From the NCBI GenBank assembly GCA_951406725.2, contig OX597837.1:44020001-44084000 (forward strand): a stretch of DNA of 64,000 bases, given 5' to 3'. Shown in pieces: positions 55,590-64,000 of the stretch. Every line of letters starts with the position of its first letter. The stretch's first letter is position 1. The notes below the pieces were generated by a model. It saw only the letters and a list, made by a program, of their open reading frames with translations. It made no database searches and had not been told where the DNA came from. This DNA is from Octopus vulgaris (taxonomy: Eukaryota). The translations under genes were made by a program, and so were the position numbers.

Positions 55590-56400
55590 CACAAAGCAGA
55601 GGAACCATGGTGTAACCCATTATGGTGTGGTAAAACTTTCAGACTCTAGTCTACATTGCAAATCCTCTGTACCCCAGGATGGCTCAGCTCTCCACCCGTT
55701 AAAAGCCACCGTTTACGGAATGAGGATAACAACGTAGCTTTCGCACCCATGCAACCGCCAGTCTATTCGCTGAGAGGCAGCTCTTCCCTCTTCACTCTCA
55801 CTTTCCTTTGCACGTGGAACTTTAAAGTCAATGAAAGCTTGACTGAAAGGGAAGGTGTCTTTCCTCAATCCTATCAGCTTCGTCCACCACACAACACCAT
55901 TCGCCATAACCAGTAAACAGAGGAACGAACACTGCTTACCTTATCTTGTTAATGGTGTGTGTGGAACGATCCTCACGAAGGAGTCAGCCAACAGCCGGAT
56001 TCGTCCCACATGTGATAGAATCTGTTCGACATTACTCCACAAGTCAACACTACCAGGATACTGCACAAGTAGGTGCAGAACAGTTTCGCGACTCTGCGTG
56101 CATCTTGGACAGTCCCGCCTGACAGGGCTTTCGTGCCTTGTAGAGTTTATCACGAACTGGCAGTGTTCCTCGGAGGCATTGCTAGAATAGGGATTTCTGG
56201 AAGTTACCCATAGCAGTAACGGGGCCAAAAGCCTTCCGAAACTGACGAGCTAATTCAGCCTCGCCGACACCTAGAGTTTCCCCGAGAACGTCATCGCTCT
56301 TACCCGCCACTAGGTTTCTGTATATTGTTACTGTAGAACTTCCAGCGATCATATTATCCGACTGATAGAGGGCAGTGGGAACCTGACGACCTTCTAGATA
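55590..56400 (-). mobile_element. Tx1/L1-group LINE 3' fragment (zf-RVT region)
   Basis: DCPRCTQSRETVLHLLVQYP..LW = CxxC..E..H..C motif; stops and frameshifts. Confidence 0.75.
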
Positions 56401-56439
56401 CCAGGCACCTAATCTTGGTCATTTCTTGGGGCTAATGCA

Positions 56440-57762
56440 CTTTCGCACCACACATTACAAGATGCATTTTTCCGAAAAAATTTCTTTGGTTTCCTAGGTT
56501 TTATGTGTCGGAGATTACAAATATGCCCCCCCCCAAAAAAAAACTCACCTTTTTAAAGTTTTAAACCACCAACCCCTCAACCCCACCTCCTTCGTACCCC
56601 ACCTTGAAAAATGCATTTTTAAAAAAATTTCTTCGAATTCCTAGGTTTTAGATGTCGGTGATATGCAAAAATAACCACATTAAAAAATTTTTTTAAAAAC
56701 ACCACCCACCCAATTTTAAATTTTAAACTTTTTTTGAAATTTTTTTTCAATCTACGTGGAAAAGTACGGGGATTTTAACAACAATATCAAAACAACAATT
56801 TCTACAGTTTAGCCAAATGAACATACTTGCTTTAATGATATTTCCACGCTTCAACGTTACATTAAAAATCGAAAATGAAACGACAATATCAAATATACGA
56901 TCTACAATTTATACATATGCGGGGCAGTGTAAAGCCGGAAATGATAAAACGCCTTTGTTCCAAATCGCTGAGGCCACATAAATTCAGGTCAGTTGTCTAT
57001 TTGTGGGTCCATTCATTCCTTTAGATTTGGCTTGAGCGTTTGCCCACATGCCTTCTACTGAGTTTGCCATCATCATCATTGTTCGACCGTGGTCGAGACA
57101 ATGGAATTTACTATGTTACGCCAGACTTCACGGTCCATCATAGCATTAAGGAGGTCCTGTTGCTGGATGCATGTATCCCTGGAGATTACATCAGGGTAGG
57201 AGAGTGTGCGCCTTCTGGTATCGCGAGAAGATGGCTTCCAGAGGAGAAGAGTAGAAATTAGCTCTTTTTCAGCTCTACAACAATGTCCAGGAAACTGGAC
57301 TCTCCTACCTTTCACAAGAGTCTGTATGGCAACCAGTAATGGGGTCGACGAAATTATAAGAATGGTCGACACTGAAATGCTTGAAATATAGCTTCTCCTC
57401 ATTGTTCTCATATGAAATCCATTTATCGGAATATGTTATTGATCCCGGCTCCATCCATTCTTCAATCAATGGCAACAACGTTTCTTTTTTCCTATCATCA
57501 ACTGGAATAAGAAATCCTCTTTCCTTTTTGTTTTTGTGCTTTGCAATATCCTCCAAAAATCCATTGCGCTTTTACCAATGAGCCTTCGTTATAATTCCTT
57601 TTCACAGACAATGATTCATCAATTTCTACATTGACGTTACGTCTGCCTATTTTTGTAGGATTGCTTAGAACTTGCTCAACTGCCACAAGTCTGTAAAACT
57701 GCATCCAATCTGCAACAGTGTGGTGGATTTTTATGCGAAACTGCATTATCCACTGGGCAGCT
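56440..57762 (-). mobile_element. Merlin (IS1016/ISXO2-like) transposase remnant
   Basis: KIG..VEIDES..KRNYNEG..WIFGG; FLIPVDDRKKETLLPLI..PGSITYSDKW.SY; VDHSYNFVDP.TGCHT; extent below 57300 uncertain. Confidence 0.85.
57068..57260 (-). mobile_element. RTE LINE 3' end nested in the Merlin remnant
   Basis: RRRTLSYPDVISRDT..LLNAMMDREVWRNIV followed by a (TGA)n tail. Confidence 0.75.
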
Positions 57763-57763
57763 G

Positions 57764-57765
<2 letters not shown>

Positions 57766-57794
<29 letters not shown>

Positions 57795-58200
57795 TGTATG
57801 TATGTATGTATGTATGTATGTATGTATGTGTGTATGTATGCATGTGTGTATGTATGTATGTATGTATGTATGTATGTATGTATGTATGTATGTATGTATG
57901 TATGTATGCATGTGTGTATGTATGTATGTATGTATGTATGTATGTATGTGTGTATGTATGCATGTGTGTATGTATGTATGTATGTATGTATGTATGTATG
58001 TATGTATGTATGTTTGTATGTATGTATGTATGTATGTATGTATGTATGTATGTATGTATGTGTGTATGTATGTATGTATGTATGTATGTATGTATGTATG
58101 TATGTATGTATGTATGTATGTGTGTATGTATGCATGTATGTATGTTTGTATGAATGCATGTGTGTATGTATGTATGTATGTATGTATGTATTTATGTATG
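57766..58200 (+). repeat. (TATG)n microsatellite
   Basis: Directly visible. Confidence 0.97.
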
Positions 58201-58314
58201 CATGTATATAAGCGAATATGAGTATGCGTGTGTGCGTATGTGAATGTATGTACATAGGTATGTAGGGTCTATGCCAATGAACAGCATAGTAGGTCGACAG
58301 ACAGACAGACTGGT

Positions 58315-58620
58315 GAAATTGCTGGGTACCTGATTTGGCCCGGACCTCCGGGTGGACAAGAACTGGGATGAGGTTACAAGTAGGGTGGCCAGTTTTACTC
58401 AGAAATGGGACAAGAGAAAACTATCCCTGAACGGTCGAGCAGAGATGGCGAATGCTCACGTCACCTCCTTAATAATTTACTGCTTAACCGGTCCACATTT
58501 GGCCGGACTAGAGCATTTACTTTTCCGCTCTCTATGGAAAAGACGCTTTTTATTGGTCAAATGGTTCATCTGTTGTCCGCGCTCTTTCGTTGGACGGTTT
58601 GGTATGCATGGCATGGCTGC
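58315..58620 (+). mobile_element. Tx1/L1-group LINE RT fragment
   Basis: DKNWDEVTSRV..KWDKRKLSLNGRAEMAN..LFRSLW. Confidence 0.8.
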
Positions 58621-59124
58621 TAATACGCTGCTTACAGATTTTCCTGGACGGTAATCTGGCAGACATGTTAGCACGCCGGACGAAATGCTTAGCGGTATTT
58701 CGTCTGCCGTTACGTTCTGAGTTCAAATTCCGCTGAGGTCGACTTTGCCTTTCATCCTTTCGGGGTCGATAAATTAAGTACCAGTTGCGGACTGAGGTGA
58801 GATATAATCGACTTACTCCGTTTGCCTGTCCTTGTTTGTCCCCTCTGTGTGTGGCCCCTTGTGGGCAGTAAAGAAATAAGAAACGTTAGGACGCCGGGCG
58901 GAATGCTTAGCGGTATTTCGTCTGATTCCACTTTGGTTCTGATCTTAAAAAAGACAGCAAAGTGAAATGAAGATATACAATGTGGCAGTTACCATGAATT
59001 ACTATTTCCGTGAGTGTGGAGTCTGCTACTGGTTGATCCATACTTGGATTCCATTTGTAGTTGATTGATTTGAAAAAAAAAATTTAAAAGGAAGTAAAAA
59101 GATTTGATTAGAATCGAAATAGTA

Positions 59125-59295
59125 GGCGCAGGAGTGGCTGTGCGGTAAGTAGCTTGCTTACCAACCACATGGTTCCGGGTTCAGTCCCACTGCGTGGCAT
59201 CTTGGGCAAGTGTCTTCTGCTATAGCCCTGCACCGACCAATGCCTTGTGAGTGGATTTTGTAGACGGAAACTGAATGAAGCCTGTCGTATATATG

Positions 59296-59328
<33 letters not shown>

Positions 59329-59550
59329 ATATTTTTGTGTGTCTATGTTTGTCCCCCTAGCATTGCTTGACAACCGATGCTGGTATGTTTACGTCCCCGT
59401 AACCTAGCGGTTCGGCCAAAAAGACCGATAGAATAAGTACTGGGCTTACAAAGAATAAGTCCCGGGGTCGATTTGCTCGACTAAAGGCGGTGTTCCAGCA
59501 TGGCCGCAGTCAAATGGCTGAAACAAGTAGAAGAGTAAAGAGAGTAAAGA
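59125..59550 (+). mobile_element. Full-length SINE family C (CORE-like segment, internal TA/TG microsatellite); about 20 further copies or fragments in the window
   Basis: GGCGCAGGAGTGGCTGTG head, GGTTCAGTCCC B-box-like, TTGGGCAAGT core, AAAGAGT repeat tail. Confidence 0.9.
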
Positions 59551-61009
59551 GAATCAAATTTGCACCAGAATTTTGTCAAACGACGAAAATTCTGACAACG
59601 TGGTACATACAAAAGTAGCCTCCCTTGAAATAAAAATATTTAAGAAGTTATCTCCCTTGTTTATTAGTGTATTAGCCTCGATTCCAATGAACCAAATATA
59701 ACTAAATTCTTTCTTTTATATATTGGAATCTTTGGATCGCAGCCATGCTGGAGCACTATGTTGAAGTGTTTAGTCGATCAAATTTATCCTCATACTTCTC
59801 TTTTCTTAAAAGAAACCGGTAGAATAAGTACTCTTTCTCTTTTTACTCTTTTACTTGTTTCAGTCATTTGACTGCGGCCATGCTGGAGCACCGCCTTTTA
59901 GTCAAGCAACTCGACCCCGGGACTTATTCTTTTGTAAGCCCAGTACTTATTCTATCGGTCCCTTTTGCCGAACCACTAAGTAACGGGGACATAAACACAC
60001 CAGCATCGGTTGTGAAGCAATGCTAGCGGGACAAACACAGACACACAAACACACACACGCATATAGCCGAAATTGCTAAGATGATCCGGTTCCCGACTGA
60101 AGATTAGAGGCTTCGAATGACCCGTCTGTTTTTTTTTTTTTTGTGTCGTCTCTTTGTGTGTTTTTGCGTTCTTGTCCCATTTTGTACTTTATATTTAATT
60201 TCTATACATATATACGACAGGCTTCTTTCAGTTTCCGTCTACCAAATCCACTCACAAGGCATTGGTAGTCCCGAGGCTATAGTAGAAGACGCTTGCCCAA
60301 GGTGCCACGCAGTGGGACTGAACCCAGAACCATGTGGTTGGTAAGCAAGCTACTTACCACACAACCAGTCCTGCGCCTACTTTAAAAAAAACTTTTTAAA
60401 AAATAACTATTTGAGATGATTTGTTCAACTAAAACCCTTTAAAGCGGTGCCACAGCATGGCCACGATCCAATAACAAACAAGTAATAGATAAAGAGATAA
60501 TTCAATCTTATTAGATTGCAATATATTTAATGTTATATTGAAAATTTAAAAAATTTTTAGTCGAATGAATCGACCCCAATACTTATTTTTGAAGCTTGGG
60601 TACTTATTCTATCGATCTCTTTTGCCGAACTGCTAAGTTACAGCAACGTTAACACACCAACGCACCGGTTATCAAGTAGTGATGGAGGGGACAAATACAC
60701 ACACACACACACATTTATATATATACTCTTTTATTTTTCATCTGTTTCAGTCATATGACTGTGGCCATGCTGGAGCACCCGTTTTCCCGCCTTTGTCTTG
60801 TATACATTCGAGGCTTTCTTCCAAGGAATCTAATGCGCTTAGCTTAGATTTTTCTTGGGGGCTGGCCAGATCGGAGCAATCTGAAGATTAATCAGCCGAA
60901 ATTGCGAGGATGATCCGGTTCTTGACTGAAGATTGAAGGCTTCGAATATCCCGTCCTTGTTTTTATATCGTCTACTAAATGTTTTGCGTTCTTGCGTCCC
61001 AGTTTGTAT

Positions 61010-61085
<76 letters not shown>

Positions 61086-61124
61086 ACACACACACACACA
61101 CATACACACACACACACACACATA

Positions 61125-61333
61125 ATGTGACCTCGTGTGTACCGTTGGCGATTTTTTTCCCTCTGTCTTCCCTTCTCGGGATCTTTCCTTCTCCTATGTT
61201 TCTGACGAAGAGCCCCGCTCGAAACGTTAAACCCTCCTTCTTTCCTTCTTTCCTGAGCGTCCAATAATACTATATTTGTTCCACGTCCTCGCGTTGTTGT
61301 GTTTTTTTTTGTGCTTTCTTGTTTGGATTAACT
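61125..61333 (+). mobile_element. Family H1 element with a canonical-core minimal hammerhead at 61198-61232
   Basis: GTTT-CTGACGA-A-GAGC(CCC)GCTC-GAAAC-GTT-AAAC. Confidence 0.88.
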
Positions 61334-61561
61334 TTAAATATATATATGCATATATACGTGGGCTTCTTTCAGTTTCCGTCTACCAAATTCATTCACAAGG
61401 CTTTGGTCGGCCCGAGACTATAGTAGAAGACACTTGCCCAAGGTGCCAGGCAGTGGGACTGAACCCGGAACCGCGTCGTTGTCAAGCAAGCTTCATTCTA
61501 CTCAACCACCCCTGCGCCTCATTATATAATATTACTCACTATATCTCTCCTGGTTTAAAGT

Positions 61562-61687
<126 letters not shown>

Positions 61688-62971
61688 ACACACATACACT
61701 TTCTTTCCTCTCCCTCCTCGTCTGCCGCCTCTCTACCACTCTCTCACCTTCTTCCTCTCTTTCCTCTCCCCCCACTTTAAATTAACTTACTTCCTCTTCA
61801 CTCCCACACTCCCTACCTCATCCTCCCCACACAATCACTTCAATTTTTTTGCATTTAAGTATTTCAGTCATCGTTTTTAATTTTACACTTCCTCATCCTC
61901 CTCTCTTTCGCCAGATTCCTCTTTTGGGAACACCCCGTCGCCTCTCTCCCCATGGCTATGTGGTAAGAATCTTGCTTCCCAACCACATGGTTCTGGGTTC
62001 ATTCCCACTGCGTGGCCTTTTGGGCGTGTGTCTTTTACAATAGCCTCGGGGCGACCAAAGCCATGTGAGTGGATTTCGTAGACGGAAATTGAAAGAATCC
62101 CGTCGTATATGTGTATATGTGTGTCTGTATATGTGTGTGTATATGTTTGTATGTCTGTGTTTGTCCCTTCCCACCATCGCTTGACAACCAATGTTGGTTT
62201 GTTTACATCCCCTTAACTTAGCGGTTCGGCAAAAGTGACCGATAGAATAAGTACTAGGCTTACAAAGAATAACCCCTGAGGTCGATTTGTTCGACTAAAG
62301 GCGGTGCTTCAGCATGGCCGCAGTCAAATGACTGAAACAAATAAAAGAGTATACACACACACACCCACACAACGGGCTTCTTTTAGTTTCCATTTACCAA
62401 ATCCACTCACAAGGCTTTGGTCGGCCCGAGGCTATAGTAGAAGACACTTGCCCAAGGTGCCACACTGTGGAACTGAACCCGGAACCATGTGGTTCGTAAG
62501 CAAGCTACTTACCACGCATCCACGCCTCGAATTTCTATGGGGTTCCATCCGATTAAGATACGAATCAAGTGGGTCCATAGGTAAAATAGGGACGAGAACT
62601 GCCGTATAAAGCTTTCAGGGTGCTGCCCCAGCATGACCGCAATAAATGATTGAAATAAAATTCAATGTTAGACCAGGAGTGGTAGTCTATATGGGTAACA
62701 CATGATACGTAGAACAATAACTGGAGCAGAGCAGCTGCAAATATTTTCAGCGAAGAATATTTGGACCCAAGGAATATTACCGAAAGCAACTCTGCAGAAA
62801 ATGGCTTAGAAAATTCACAGGCGTAGGAGTGGAACCACATGGTTCCGGGTTCAGTCTCACAGCGTGGCAGCTCGGGCAAGTGTCTTCTGCTATAGCTCCA
62901 GGCCAACCAAAGCCTTGTGAGTGCATTTGGTAGACGGAAACTGAAAGAAGCCCGTCGTATATATGTATATG

Positions 62972-63023
<52 letters not shown>

Positions 63024-63673
63024 TTTGTCCCCCAGCATCGCTTGACAACCGATGCTGGTGTGTTTACGTCCCTGTAACTTAGCGGTTCGGCATAAAGAGA
63101 GACCGATAAAATAAGTACTAGGCTTAGAAAGAATATGTCCGGGGGTCGATTTGCTCGATTAAAGGCGGTGCTCCAGCATGGCCGCAGTCAAATGACAGAA
63201 ACAAGTAAAAGCGTAAAGTGAGAGAGAGAGCGTATCTGTTCCCTGCTTCTTTCTCTTTCTCTCTCTCTCTCTCTCTGCCTGTCTCTCTTACTCTCTCTCC
63301 TTATCTTTATCTTATTTCTCATCGTAGTTCTTCTTACTCTTTCTCTCACTTCCTTTCTCTTGCATCACTCATCCCCCCCACCTCTCTCTCTCTCTCCTTG
63401 TTTTTTATATATATACTACCATTTTTCCTTAGCTTTTTGTTTCTTTTACCTTACCCTCTATCCTCCTTCCGTCTCTACCATTCCCTCTCACATATCAGTT
63501 AAGACCAGCCCAACCCTAAATATCTGTGTATATACATACATACATATTACACTTGTGTGTGTAAAATGTATGTACATTTGTGTACATGTGGTGTGTATGT
63601 GTTTGTGTGTGTATATATACACATATCTGTATGTGTGTCAATATGCGTGTGTATATATATATCGTTACACACT

Positions 63674-63788
<115 letters not shown>

Positions 63789-63837
63789 TCAGGGTGAATA
63801 CTTGATAAGTGTAAGCACCTGTATATGCCATTTGATG

Positions 63838-63879
<42 letters not shown>

Positions 63880-63883
<4 letters not shown>

Positions 63884-64000
63884 ATCCAAACAAGAAAACA
63901 CAGAAAAACACAACAAAGCAAGGACGTGGAACAAATATAGTATTATTGAACCTCAGGAAAGAAGGGAAGAAGGAGGGTTTAACGTTTCGAGCGGAGCTCT
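63880..64000 (-). mobile_element. Family H1 element truncated by the window edge
   Basis: GAGC(TCC)GCTC-GAAAC-GTT-AAAC and the same 3' end at (TA)n. Confidence 0.82.

Noticed and set aside
57300-57762. Bacterial IS1595/IS1016 contamination or recent horizontal transfer
   Set aside because: Decayed, nested with host RTE and microsatellites; explained by the eukaryotic Merlin superfamily

Overview
AT-rich, microsatellite-saturated animal genomic DNA. The tRNA-derived SINE families and the density of simple repeats point to an octopod cephalopod (Octopus-like); this is inferred. Almost all ORFs in the track are simple-repeat artefacts. The window is mostly intronic or intergenic and contains: dozens of SINE copies from about 4 families; decayed Penelope-like, RTE, Tx1/L1, CR1 and R4/Dong-like retroelements; mariner (DD34D), maT (DD37D) and Merlin DNA-transposon remnants; two non-autonomous Helitrons; and a GG-ended MITE with TTAGGG repeats. 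The only credible host-gene signal is a minus-strand first coding exon (ATG at 18824, signal-peptide-like MHPQSGYYAGLCVVFCLSQLFG, donor GG|GTAAGT at 18760), preceded by a long 5'UTR and an upstream unique, hairpin-rich block. The most notable hidden signal is more than a dozen type I hammerhead-ribozyme-like motifs (intact, variant or partial) from several unrelated short non-coding families. Most sit in or beside (TA)n tracts, often as inverted fold-back pairs. There is also a retrozyme-like unit with 215-bp direct repeats. All structures were folded by eye, and no ribozyme activity is demonstrated.
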